Source: Vicugna vicugna
Lineage: Eukaryota
Assembly (NCBI GenBank): GCA_013265495.1
Contig: MU058781.1
Span: 11,203,009-11,267,008 of the forward strand
DNA: 64,000 bases
Direction: 5' to 3'
Shown: positions 51,427-63,945 of the stretch, piece by piece
Layout of the letters: each line of letters begins with the position of its first letter
How positions within the stretch are numbered: the stretch's first letter is position 1
Translations under genes and position numbers: made by a program
The notes under the pieces: generated by a model
Database searches by the model: none
The model's input: only the letters and a program-made list of their open reading frames with translations
Told to the model about the DNA's origin: nothing

Positions 51427-52324
51427 GTAAAGGACTTTATTTAATCTACGTTTCTCCACCGCAATCTTGTAAAAGTTATTTCCTAACTATCTCGATCAAT
51501 AGCTAGGTTCAAAGTAATTTTGTAATAAAAATAGCTACGTGAGGCATAGGCTGTTTTATAACAACATGTTGTGTGTTGTGAGGAGTAGAGCTCATTTTAC
51601 GTGGATTCGGTACATTTGCTCAGCAGGCGTAACATTTCATGTTGGAAAGGTTCTGACGGCAGTCTCCATCCTCCCTGTTAGAATTCAGTATCTAGTTTCT
51701 GAAATAATAGGAGAAAGAATATTTCTTGATTTATAATAGACATTTTCAGTTATGTGTAATTGTAGTGTAACTGTAGCTACAAGAATATATTTCTGGTTTT
51801 CCAAACAGCCCCGGAATATCCTTACAGTCTATCATCTTAATTAAAATTATTATTTTTATGGAAAGCTTTCTAAAATATATTGTATCTTCCCCTGCCTACC
51901 CAAGAGTTCACCAAATATAATTTGACTTTCCTTCAGTGATTCAGAATTATTATGAAAATTAGTTGTTTTGGTGGGCTCAAGTTGAGGGTTCAGAAATAAA
52001 TGAAGGGACGCAGGTTTCAATGGTAGTGGCCCTACGGTGGACACACGACTTGCTTTCTTCAAAAAGTCTTTGATGGCAAGTTTTTGTCCACTTATCTAGA
52101 ATTAATTAATTCTAGTATTTTCCCAAGTGATTTTTCGCCATAGAACATTCTTCAATTTTATTAGCTATAGCTAGCACCTTTCAAAACAGTACCTCTGGTG
52201 AAGAGAGAGAAAAGTATATGATAAAGCAAATTTAACAGAATGTTAATTATTTCACCTAAATGGTATGCGTATAGGTATTCACTGTATAATTTTTCAACTT
52301 TTCTGAATAAAAATGTTCCTATTA

Positions 52325-52540
52325 CATTTGACCCTTAAACTACGCAGGGGTTGGGGGCGATTAGCCTCCCCACAGTCAAAACTCCACGTGTAACGTATAG
52401 TCCCGGTTCCTCCCTGTCTCGTCTTCCACATACTGGGATAAACCAACCGCAGGTCGTGTGGTACCATGGCATTTACTGTTGAAAACAACCTGCATGTAAG
52501 TGGACCTGCACGGTTCACCCAAGTGTTCAAAGGTCAGCTG
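52325..52540. mobile_element. Tigger2-derived MITE (MER8-like), 216 bp
   Basis: TA|CATTTGACCCTTAAAC ... GTTCAAAGGTCAGCTG|TA: inverted termini and TA target duplication. Confidence 0.8.
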
Positions 52541-53133
52541 TAAAATGTTGGGAAGATGTGAAAGATATCACTAATACAGGAGCCACAGGCTTCCCTTCTG
52601 TGCTGCTCATCTAACATGAAAGAAGCCAGGCTTTCTCTTTAGAGTAAATTTTTAATTTCACAGTGTCCTAAATTAGAGCACTAAGGCTCTGTTTCATCTT
52701 TATCATTTCAAATTAGCTTAATATGTTTTGGTGATGTTTAAAAAAGAAAACTTTCCCATTTCAGCCAAACTAATCATGATTAAACTAAATCTTTTCTAAA
52801 AGTTTGCTGAATACCTGACTTTTAAGAAGATCTTACCTTGTTTCCTTTGTTCTCTGTATTTCTCATGATTACCCTGAAAGTCCTAATAAATAACATAATT
52901 TGTTTAATTTTAGTTCTGTTGAGAGTTCTGTTGAGAAAGGCTTCCTTTCTTTAAAAAAAGTCTTGATTTTTCTTGAGAAACCAAATAAACAGTGATTTGG
53001 TTTAGGCTTAATCCAAAATTAATAGAGTATTAAATCCTATTTTGTGAATGTTATTTTTCTTCCTACAACTCTGCAATTTACATGTATATGTATTTTTGCA
53101 TATGTGTACATTATCTACATTTTTTTTTTACAG

Positions 53134-53307
53134 TATTTGAAAGCTGTGATAACTCCAGAGTGTCTTCTGATATTAGATTATCGTAATTTAAATTTAGAGC
53201 AGTGGCTATTCCGGGAACTCCCTTCACAGTTGGCTGGAGAGGGTCAACTTGTCACATACCCTTTACCTTTTGAGTTTAGAGCTATAGAAGCACTCCTGCA
53301 GTATCGG
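53134..53307 (+). CDS. MRS2: MRS2 exon 5
   Basis: ttacag|TATTTG...TATCGG|gtaagc; YLKAVITPECLLILDYRNLNLEQWLFRELPSQLAGEGQLVTYPLPFEFRAIEALLQYR; 174 nt. Confidence 0.97.
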
Positions 53308-53623
53308 GTAAGCCTGTTTTTATTTAGCTTCTTGAATTTTTCTGGCTTTACAATGCTATTGAGAAGGAGGACACATTGGTAATGTTCTGTTGGCACTTTT
53401 CCAAACCACCCCCTCCTATCAAATAAAAACATCTCTAAGGATCCTATATGGGGAAAGTACTTAATTCTCAAACTTTATGACCCAGTCACATAGATCTGAA
53501 GTCTGTAGGTGTAGTACATAGAGTCTCTGAGACAGTCATGTTATGACATTCATTGAAGCACATTTCAGGCTTTAGGTCCTTTGTTTAGTTTTAATAAATG
53601 TTTTTAGGGATGATAATTCAAAA

Positions 53624-54090
53624 TTACTCAGCCATAAAAAAAGAATGAAATAATGCCATTTGCAGCAACATGGATGGACCTAGAAGTTATCATATTAAGT
53701 GAAGTGAGTCAGACAGAGAAAAATAAGTATCATGATATCATTTATATGTGAAATCTGAAAAAAAAAAAAGGTACAGATTTTATTTATAAACCAGAAAGAC
53801 TCATGGACATAGAAAAAAACTATGGTTACCAAAGAGGGAGGGGGAGGGGAGTGATAAATTAGGAGTTTAAGATTAACAGATACACATTACTGTATACAAA
53901 ATAGATTAACAACAAAGGCCTACTGTATAGCGCAGGGAACCATATTCAGTTTCTCATAATAAGCTATAGTGGAAAAGTATCTGATATATATATGTATGTA
54001 TATGTATAACTGAATCGCTTTGCTATACACCTGAAACTAACATTGTAAACTAACTACACTTCAATAAGAAAATAAAATTTAAAAAAATTA
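53624..54090 (+). mobile_element. L1 3' end in MRS2 intron 5
   Basis: tactcagccataaaaaaagaatgaaataatgccatttgcagcaacatggatggacctaga...acttcaataagaaaataaaa. Confidence 0.88.
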
Positions 54091-55427
54091 AAAGTTTTAA
54101 CCAAAATACTTACTCTACGTATGATATAAATGAACGTATCAAAAAGTTTTGACTGTATTCCATTTTATTTTCTAACTGAATTTAAATTATATGTCATGAA
54201 ACTTATTATACATGATAAATATTAGAGCACAAATCTTTCTTCAAATCATCCTAATACTTTCCAAATCATTCTTTGACTTGTTTGTACAGTCCTTTGAGGT
54301 AGCTAAATAATACTCCTGTTTGACATAGGAACCATGTACATACAATACTTCTAATGACTCCTCCATTAAACTGATAATCATTGAGTGTCTGGAGATTCTG
54401 TCAGGCTCTGAACAAGGCTGGTCACTGCTTCCCTGGCCCCCACAAATCTCTCATCATCTCCCCCTGCCCCCTTAGTCAGGATAGTATTGTTCAGAACCTG
54501 GCTGCATGGAAGAGTCGGTGCCAGGAGCATGTTACCCAGAGCAGGAGAAAAAGATGGGAGTAGAGGGGACATGAGATGGGTGGGGATTGAGTGAACCTGG
54601 CCCCCTTTGTCTGCCTTCATATACTGAGGGAGTAGGAGATGGCCCCACTTGGGTTAACTAGGCAATAGCACTGGCTAGCACCAGCCAATGAGATGGTGAC
54701 TGGTCGAAGCCCACTTACTAAGCAGAGGAAAAACAGAGGGAAAGAAAAGAAGGTACAGGCAATGGTCAGTGACAGCTACACAGACTGAGCAGGCTCTGAG
54801 GAGCTCATGCTGGGATAGACAGTATATGTTGGACTTTATAGTATTAATTTACTTAATTCAGCTACTATTATGCCGGTATGGAAGTATTTTAATATTTTAA
54901 CAACTAGTGTATCTATATCAATGCATACCTGCAGATTGATTCCTGCTGTGCCTGTATTAACTTGTGTGATAAGTATACTTTTGACTTTACAAATTTGTTT
55001 GTAAAGTCAGGAATGTTTTGGTTTTTGAAGATTTTTGTTCATAGGAGTTTTGAACTGTGTCTGATTTACAGAAAACATAGGTATTGTTTACCAGATATAA
55101 AGCTTCTGTTTTTAACCACAGAATGGCAGATTTTATTTTAATAAGTCCTCCGTTCCTTTCATAATAAGTATCTGTAGTGGGGATGGGAATTAATTCCCTG
55201 CCTATTAAATACTAGCCTCATAGCAATTTTATGAATGGCTGTCTTTTAACCTAGGAGATCTGGGTTTTGACTCATCTGGAATGGGCGTTCTAGCACTGAC
55301 TATGTTCTGAATGTTACCAGCCTTCCTAGGTATTACAGATTGCTGTATTTAATCAGAGGATTCACTGACCCTGAATATTCTAAAAAGATTGTTTTAATTC
55401 TTATGAAAGGTCATGTTGTTAATCTAG

Positions 55428-55558
55428 ATCAACACCCTTCAGGGGAAACTTAGCACTTTGCAACCACTGATCCTTGAGACATTGGAAGCTTTAGTGGATC
55501 CCAAACATTCTTCTGTCGACAGAAGCAAACTGCACATCTTACTACAAAATGGCAAAAG
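55428..55558 (+). CDS. MRS2: MRS2 exon 6
   Basis: tctag|ATCAAC...GGCAAAAG|gtaaat; INTLQGKLSTLQPLILETLEALVDPKHSSVDRSKLHILLQNGK(S); 131 nt. Confidence 0.95.
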
Positions 55559-56582
55559 GTAAATACGAGTGATTTACCAAGTTGGGAGTCAGACACAAAT
55601 GTCTTAAACTTCTTTTTCAGTAGTCTTAACAATGAAATGTTTAACATAAATGCAGATCCAAAATTAGTGTAATTATTACCTGTTTTTCAAATACCAACTA
55701 GTCTTGCTAATGGTAATAACATTCTTACTTTCGGACTTACTCTTAGTGACTTCAATGCCATATTTGGTTTCATTATTATTAAAATTGTCTGTTTTCATAC
55801 CTTTTTTTGAAAATACGTAAGTAGCCTAGGTGGGAAGTTGAGCTACAGGGGGCACATAGACAAAAACTATTTTGTATGAAATGTTGTAGTTTTATCAGGC
55901 TCTTCTCTGTATATGATCTCATTTCATCCTGTCAGCAGTCCTGTTCAGCAGTTGACATTGTCCTCATTTTGAAGATAAGAAAATTGAGGTCTAGGTTACT
56001 TGTCTAAACTTATACAGCTACTAAATGGCAGATCTAAATTCAAATCCAATTTTCTCTCCCTCCAAGCTCCGTTTTTTTTTTTGTTTATCATAATGCATTC
56101 CAGAATTTAAGAATAATATTTTAATTAATTTTTATTAACATGCCCTCAGAATTTGTACCTTCTAAAGTCCCTCCAGAAGTTACCAGTTGAAATTTCTAAA
56201 TCAGTAGTTCTTTGTCCAGAATTGTTAGGATGTTTTTATCATATTGTATCATATCAAATAGTCTGTCTCTGCAGTACTTATAAAGAATAAAAATAAATTT
56301 GCAAGCCAAGAAACTTAAATCACATTGATTGTGTTTCTGAGATAAATAATATATGCTGAAAATTGTTTATGTTATTGATTAACTTTACCATTTAATGTAG
56401 TTTTTGGTTTGGCAATTGATTCTCAGCCTACATGGTAAATATCAAAAAAATTTTTTCACAAGTCAGTGTTTACCATGGTATAAGTGGATCTACTTGATAA
56501 GATACCCTAAAAAAGCACTATTCTTATAAAATGTTTTTATAAGTTTATGCTATTGTTCATTCTTGTGCAACTACTCTTACAG

Positions 56583-56699
56583 CCTGTCAGAGTTAGAAAC
56601 AGATATTAAAATTTTCAAAGAGTCCATTTTGGAGATCTTGGATGAAGCAGAGATGCTGGAGGAGCTCTGTCTGACAAAGTGGAGTGACCCGCAAGTCTT
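56583..56699 (+). CDS. MRS2: MRS2 exon 7
   Basis: ttacag|CCTGTCA...GTCTT|gtaagc; LSELETDIKIFKESILEILDEAEMLEELCLTKWSDPQV(F); 117 nt. Confidence 0.96.
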
Positions 56700-57347
56700 G
56701 TAAGCACACAGTCATGCCTTGTTAGTTTTTCTCTTAGTATCAGTTGTCTTTCTTTTCTTCAGGATGACTTTTCATAGAGGACATAACACTTTTCTGGAAT
56801 AGAGGATGTTGGTGCTTTTCATCCCTAATTATTTCACCATTTCCAGTGCTCTATTGCATCTAATTGAATGTAATAAGGATTTATTAAGTACACTGTACAC
56901 AACACTGTGCTGGGCTTTGATGAATGTAAAGATAAACACCACCACCTTTATCTTCAGAGGACTGACCACCAAAGTAACACACACATCTACTTGAAAAACT
57001 TACCACAAGAGTATAGTGCGAGAGAAGTGAAATCCATGAGCGGCGCAGCGGGGTGTGTGGAGTGCAGGGAAGTGAATCAGACACTGGCACGAATTCTCTA
57101 AGTCTGGTCTAATATAAAAGTGCTTTCATCTTATAAACCTTTCATCTCTTATGAATGTAGAAATCATTTACTCTTCCTGTGTACACTCAAGTTTAAATGT
57201 TTACTCTTTAAATACACCAAATATTTCATTTTTGTTCTTTGTAGATCAGTATGAGACGTTAATACAGACACCTTTGTAAATGTGCATAGTATCCACAGTG
57301 TGTACAGATTTTTTTAAGCATTTTAAGAAATTAGTTTTCTGTATTCT

Positions 57348-57467
57348 TTTTTTGAGGGGAAGTGGTAATTAGGTTTATTTATTTATCTTTAGAGGAGGTA
57401 TTGGGGGTTGAACCCAGGACATGCATGCTAAGCATGCACTTTACCACCTGAGCTATATCCTCCCCCC
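57348..57467 (-). mobile_element. tRNA-derived SINE of camelid type with a 15-bp TSD
   Basis: Minus strand GGGGGGAGGATATAGCTCAGGTGGTAAAGTGCATGCTTAGCATGCATGTCCTGGGTTCAACCCCC (A box and B box) then an A-rich tail; TSD AGTTTTCTGTATTCT at 57333-57347 and 57468-57482. Confidence 0.88.
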
Positions 57468-58124
57468 AGTTTTCTGTATTCTAGTAAGGAAATATGAAAA
57501 TAAAAATGGCTCTGTAACACTCAGTGCTACAGCAGATAGATACTGTAGCAGAAACTTGAACACTTGTAACTCTTGCTTGCTTTGCTTATTAGGCCAATCT
57601 GTCTTTAATATGGCTTATGATATAAGTGTCTTTTACAGAATACTTCATTTCCACTTATCCTCCTCGTTAGGGTAGAGGGTAACCAAAAGCAGACAAAATA
57701 ACTGTGTACTGACATCATTCAAAAATGTTTTTCTTCATATATGAAAATGATGTAATATATTCACCTTGGAAGGGAACTGTTCTTTATGTTCAAAACTTTG
57801 TGGTTTTGTTTCACCGGATAGTGGCTTGGAATTTGCACTAATTCATTAGCATTTACCTACCTACATTTTTCTGTAACTGGTAGCCTGTGTTTGCGTGAGT
57901 GTCCCTGGGATACAGGGAAGCTGTGCTCTCAGCTTACCTGTGTCATGTTTAGGACCAGTTGGCAAAACCACTCAGACTGGCCTCAGTCACAATGATAGGA
58001 AAGGTACAGACTTGTTTTTTTCACTGGTAGCTGAATATTATGTGCTAATTCAGGAAGTTTTGTGGTACTAAATGTATGATGCACATATTGGGGGCATGTT
58101 AATTATGTTAACTTTTAATTAAAG

Positions 58125-58277
58125 TGAAAAGAGCAGTGCTGGGATTGACCATGCAGAAGAGATGGAGTTGCTGTTGGAAAACTACTACCGATTGGCTGAG
58201 GATCTTTCCAATGCAGCTCGGGAACTTAGGGTGCTGATTGATGATTCACAGAGTATCATATTCATCAATCTGGACAG
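58125..58277 (+). CDS. MRS2: MRS2 exon 8
   Basis: taaag|TGAAAAG...GGACAG|gtgagg; EKSSAGIDHAEEMELLLENYYRLAEDLSNAARELRVLIDDSQSIIFINLD(S); 153 nt. Confidence 0.96.
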
Positions 58278-58531
58278 GTGAGGCATTGTATAAAACAATC
58301 AGCAAGCATTTTCTCCATAAAATAATTATAATGTGATAAAGCTTTTAAGGAAAGCTTCATCTTCCCATTTTGGAAGGAATTATACCATCATTATCATCTG
58401 TAACTATTAAACGGAAGTGTCTTTTCTTAAGGTGTACATTCCATGCATGTGGTCTGTAATAGACTGTTGAGTGAATTTGCTGTGTGTGGTTGGTGGGCCT
58501 TTCTGCTCTAAGTGCTTGCTCTCCTCTCTAG

Positions 58532-58649
58532 CCACCGAAATGTGATGATGAGGCTGAACCTACAGTTGACCATGGGAACCTTTTCTCTCTCACTCTTTGG
58601 ACTCATGGGAGTTGCTTTTGGAATGAATTTGGAATCTTCCCTTGAGGAG
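58532..58649 (+). CDS. MRS2: MRS2 exon 9 (TM1 and GMN selectivity motif)
   Basis: ctctag|CCACCGA...GAGGAG|gtgaga; HRNVMMRLNLQLTMGTFSLSLFGLMGVAFGMNLESSLEE carries the CorA/Mrs2 GMN signature; 118 nt; exons 1-9 total 1089 nt in one frame. Confidence 0.97.
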
Positions 58650-58917
58650 GTGAGAATATATTATTTCATTAATCCAGGGGTTGTTTTTAATGTTTTGAAG
58701 ATCTTTTCTTAATGAATTTTAAAAAGAAAGTCTTAACACGTATACTCCCATAGTGAAATAAAATATACAGATAATCCCACACTTTCCATTTGCTGTGTTC
58801 CTTGAATTTGCCGTTGCTTGTTCAAAGTCTGCAAAAGATCATAAGCTCCCTGAAGCAAAGTCAATATTAGTCCTTTTAATGCTCCTTATAAGATGTAAAA
58901 GAAAAATAAATGTAATA

Positions 58918-59460
58918 TTTATTCATTCATCTTACAAACATGTTTTTTAGTGCCTATTATACAGTAAACACTGCTTCAGCTGTGGGAATATATCACTGAG
59001 TCCCTGTCCTTGAGAGACTCAGTGACAGTTACATAACAGTGGAGGAGAGAGAGCGTAGACAGATCCGTCATATGTTAGGTGACAAGGGTCGTAAAGAAAA
59101 ATAAAGCCAGATAAAGGGGTAGAGACTTAGCCGGAGGTGGGACGAGGAGCGTTTAGAGATAGAGCAGTCTTCTGAGTGGGTGACGCTAAAGCAGAGGCCT
59201 GAATGGGAAGAAATGGGGAGGCCTGGGGGGAAGGTGTTCTAAGCAGAGGAAACCCCACATGTGACAACTGAGTCAGGGATGAGCGGAGCTTGTCCAGGGA
59301 ACAGCAAGAAGGCCGGAGTGCGTCAGGCAGAGAATGGTAGGGAATATGGTCTAATGGACAGACGAGAGTGAGAGCATGTGGATTTGCAGAGCATTGTAGG
59401 GGTTTGGATTTATCTTAAGTGTGGTAGGAATCTCTTGGAGGTTTTTGAGCCCAAATATAG
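58918..59460 (-). mobile_element. L2 fragment
   Basis: ttattcattcatc...tttttagtgcctatta...tccctgtccttgagagactc...gcagaggcctgaatg...tttggatttatcttaagtgtggtaggaa. Confidence 0.7.
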
Positions 59461-60214
59461 ACTAGTAAAAAGTCCAGTAGTCTCCAGCATATCTTATGGG
59501 ACATAGACCAGCCCTTGACATTCTCAGAAGGTACTTCCAAAGAGCTTTGCAAATTCCCCAATTTGTGACTGCAGAACTCTTTGTACAAGTTGCTGTCTTC
59601 TTCCCAAATCATGTTTAAGAATTGTGTTTCTATACATATACTCTACAAACTAACTCCATGTTATACTGTAATATTTTCTCTAAATGCCTATTTTCAAAAA
59701 AAAAAATTTTAAGAATTTTTAGAAATTTCTTTGATAGTTCCAGCATATGCAGTCCTTGGTATAGAGCAACCTGGTTATAGTGAGATGTGAGTGGAAAACA
59801 GTGAGCTAGGCTTGCCCCACCAAACAGAAATCAGATTAGTGCCCCACCAGAGTCACAGATTACGTCTCCAGGTTTCCATGTCCATTAAGTCTGTGAATGT
59901 CAAAGGTCTCTATTCCTGTATAAATAGAGTTGTTAGGGTTAAGATTTATAGTGGTGAACCTAAGATGGAAAAATCTTCTTCTTTTTAAGATAATATCAGA
60001 TTATTTCAAGAACAGTCGAATTCCTGGATAGCCTTCACCCATATTCTTCAAACAGCAACATTTTATCATATTCACTCTATCATTCTATCAATATATACAT
60101 ACTTTTTCCTAAATCATTTGAGAGTAAACAACAGATGTGATGTCCCTTTACCTCTAGACATTTCAGTTGTTTTTTTTTAATTGACTTCATGGTTAAATAC
60201 ACCATTCTAGTTGA

Positions 60215-63200
60215 TTTTTTTTTGCTCTCATAGACATAATATTTTATTTCTATATACATTTTTTAAAATTTACACATATGTGCTATTCATTGTTTCTAAG
60301 AACAATTTAGAGCTTTAGCTTTTTAAACTTACATAGTTATCAAAGGAATAAAGCCAACCACAAAATAAGAATCAACAGAATGCAGTAATCCAGTCATAAA
60401 GGGCAGCCAAATGTGCTTACACATATTCAAGAAATCAATCATCTAAGTTATAAATAATAAATAGTTTGTGTCCTTTTTTTAGATTCCACATTATAAGCAA
60501 GATCATATGGCATTTTTCTTTTTCTTTTTGGCTTCACTTAGAGTGATGATCATAAGGTCCATCCATATTGCTGCAAATAGCATTTTATTCTTTTTTATGT
60601 CTGAGTAGTATTCCATTGTGTATATATACTGCATCTTTATCCAGTCATCTGTTGATGGACATTTAGATTGTTTCCATGTCTTGGCTATTGTAAATAGTGC
60701 TGCTATGAACGTTGGGGTACATGTATCTTTTTGAATCGTATTTTTCTCTGGGTATATGCTCAGGAGTAGGACTGCTGAATCATATGGTAGTTCTATTTTT
60801 AGTTTTTAAGGAACCTCCATACTGTACTCTATAGTGGCTGCACCAATTTACATTCCCATCAACAGTGTAGAAGGGTTTTTTTTTCTCCACACCCTCTCCA
60901 GCATTTATCATTTGTAGACTTTTTAATGATGGCCATTCTGGCTGGTGTGAGGTGATAACTCATTGTGGTTTTGATTTGCTTATCTCTAACAATTAGTGAT
61001 GTTGAGCATCTTTTCATGTGCTTGTTGGCCATCTGTCTGTCTTCTTTGGAGAGATGTCTGTTTAGGTCCTCTGCCCATTTTTTGATTGTGTTGCTTGTTT
61101 TTTTGATAGTAAGATGTATGAGCTGTTTGTGTATTTTGGAAATTAGTCTCTTGTTGGTCACATCATTTGCAAGTATTTTCTCCCATTCTGTAGTGTGTCT
61201 CTTTTCATTTTGTAGATGGTATCCTTAGCTGTGCAAAAGCTTTTAAGTTTAATTATATCCCATTTGTTTATTTTTGCTTTTATTTGCTGTGATTTATGTC
61301 CAAGAATGTTCTGCCTATGTTTTCCTCTAGGAGTTTTATAGTATCTGGTCTTACATTTAAGTCTTTAATCAATTTTGAGTTTATTTTTATATATGGTGTT
61401 AGAGAATGTTCTAATTTCAGTCTTTTACAAGTAGCTGTCCTGTTTTCCCAGCACAACTTATTGAAGAGACGGTCTTTTCTCCATTGTATATTCTTCCCCT
61501 CTTTGTTGTAGATTAATTGACCATAAGCGTGTGGGTTTATTTCTGGATTTTGTGTCTATTTTTGTGCCAGTACCATGCTGTTTTGATTACTGTAGCTTTG
61601 TAGTATAGTCTGAAGTCAGGGTGCATGATTCCTCCAGCTCCATTTTTCTTTTTCAAGATTGTTTTGGCTATTTGAGGTCTTTCGTGTTCCATACAGATTT
61701 TAACATTTTTTGTTCCAGCTCTGTGAAAAATGTCGTTGGTAATTTGATCTGTATACTGCCTTGGGTAGTATGGCCATTTTAAAAATATTGATTCTTCCAA
61801 TCCAAGAACATAGTTTATGTTTCCATTTGTTTGTGTTGTCTTCAATTTCTTTCATCAGCATCTTAAAAGTTTTTGGAGTACAGGTGTTTTGCCTCCTTGG
61901 GTAGGTTTGTTCCTATGTAATTTTTTGGTGTGATGGTAAATGGTATTGTTTCTTTAATTTCTTTTTCTGCTATTTCATTGTTAGTGTATAGAAATGCAAC
62001 TGGTTGCTGTATATTAATTTTGTATCCTGCACCTTTACCAAATTCATTGGTGAGTTCCTGTAGTTTTCTGGTTGCTTTAGGGTTTTCTTTGTATAGTATC
62101 ATGTCATCTGTAAATAATGATAGTTTTACCTCTTTGTTTCCAATTTGGATTGCTTTTCTTTTTTTCTTCTCTGCTTGCTGTGGCTATATCTTCAAACTAT
62201 GTTGAATAAAAGTGGCAAGAGTGAGCATCCTCTTCTTGTTCCTGATCTTAGAGGAAATGCTTTCAGCTTTTCACTATTAAGTATGATATTAGCTGTGGGT
62301 TTGTCATATATGACCTTTATTAGGTTGAGGTATGTTCCATCTATGCCCACTTTCTGGAGAGTGTTTATCATAAATGAATGTTGAATTTTATCAAAAGCTT
62401 TTTCTGCATCTATTGGGATGATCATACGGTTTTTATTCTTCAGTTAATGTGGTATATCATATTGATTGATTTGCTGATACTGAAAAATCCCTGCATCCCT
62501 GGGATAAATCCCACTTGATTATGGTGTGTGATCCTTTTAATGCATTGTTGGAGTCAATTTGCTAGTATTTTGTTGAGGATTTTTGCATCTATATTCATAA
62601 GTGATATTGGCATGTAATTTTTTTATTATGATATCTTTGGTTTTGGTATCAGGGTGATGATGGCCTCGTGGAATGAGTTTGGAAGTGTTCCTTCCTCTGC
62701 AATTTTTTGGAATAGTTTCAGAAGGATAGGTGTTAACTCTTCGGAAAATGTTTGGTAGAATTCACCCATGAAGCCATCTGGTCCTGGACTTTTGGTTTTT
62801 GGGAGGTTTTTAATTACTGATTCAATTTCAGTACTAGTAATTAGTCTGTTCGTATTGTCTATCTCTTCCTGGTTCAGTCTTGGCAAATTGTAACTTTGTA
62901 AGAAATTGTGCATTTCTTCTACGTAGTCCTTTTTGTTGGCATACAGTTGCTTATAGTATCCTCTTATGATCCCTTGTATTTCTGTGATGTTGGTTGTAAC
63001 TTCTCCTTTTTCACTTCTGACTTTATTAATTTGGGCCCCCCTCTTTTTTTCTTGATCAGTCTGACTAAAGGTTTTCAATTTTGTTTACCTTTTCAAAGAA
63101 CAGCTTTTAGTTTGACTGATCTTTTCTATTGTTTTTTTAGTCTCTGTTTCATTTATTTCTACTCTAATTTTTGTAACTTCTTTTCTTCTACTAACTGGGT

Positions 63201-63945
63201 TTTGTTTCTTCTTTCTCTTTGCTGCTTTAGGTGTAAGGTTAGGTGGTTTTCTTGAGATTTTTCTTGTTTCTGAGGTAGGCTTGTATGGCTATAAACTTCC
63301 CTCTGAGAACCGCTTTTGCTGCATCCCAGAGGTTTTGGATTATTGTGTTTTTGTATTCATTTGTCTCAAAGTATTTTTTGCCTTCCTCTTTGATTTCTTC
63401 AGTGATCCATTAGTTGTTTAGTAGCATATTGTTTAGCCTGCATGTGTTTGCAGTTTTTGCCATTTTTTCTTGTAGTTGATTTCCAACTTTATAGCATTGT
63501 GGCCAGAAAAGATGCTTGATACAATTTCAGTTTTCTTAAATTTGCTGAGGCTAGCTTTGTAGGCCAGCATGTGGTCACTTCTGGAGAATGTTCCACGTGC
63601 ACTTGAGAAGAATGTGTGTTCTGTTGCTTTCGGATGGAATGCTCTATAGATATCAGTTAAGTCCATCTGGTCTAATGTGTTATTTAGGGCCTGTATTTCC
63701 TTATTGACTTTCTGTCTGGATGATCTGTCCATTGATGTAAGTAGGGTGTTCAGGTCCCCCACTGTTACTGTCGAGTTCTCCTTTTATGTCTGTTAACAAT
63801 TGCTTTATATATTGAGGTACTCCTGTGATGGGTGCATATAAGTATTGCTACTCCAGCTTTCTTTTGGTTTCCATTTGCATGGAATATCTTTTTCCATCCC
63901 CTTACTTTCAGCTTGCATGTGTCTGTAGCTCTGAAGTGGGTCTAT
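60215..63945 (-). mobile_element. Degenerate L1 (ORF2 EN, RT and C-terminus) antisense in MRS2 intron 9
   Basis: ORF fragments: EN (GDLNTLLTSMDRSSRQK, 63433-63762), KSPGPDGF (62626-63078), RT ([12 protein letters not shown]...PLLFNIV, 62192-62425; FTDD in place of FADD near 62110), C-terminus (60859-61161); many stops, frameshifts and deletions. Confidence 0.95.

Noticed and set aside
57400..57467. tRNA-like sequence on the minus strand
   Set aside because: It is the head of a SINE (A-rich tail, 15-bp TSD, incomplete cloverleaf), not a tRNA gene.
60859..63762. Cluster of ORFs with endonuclease and reverse-transcriptase motifs as a possible novel RT system
   Set aside because: Collinear, frameshifted fragments of ordinary L1 ORF2.
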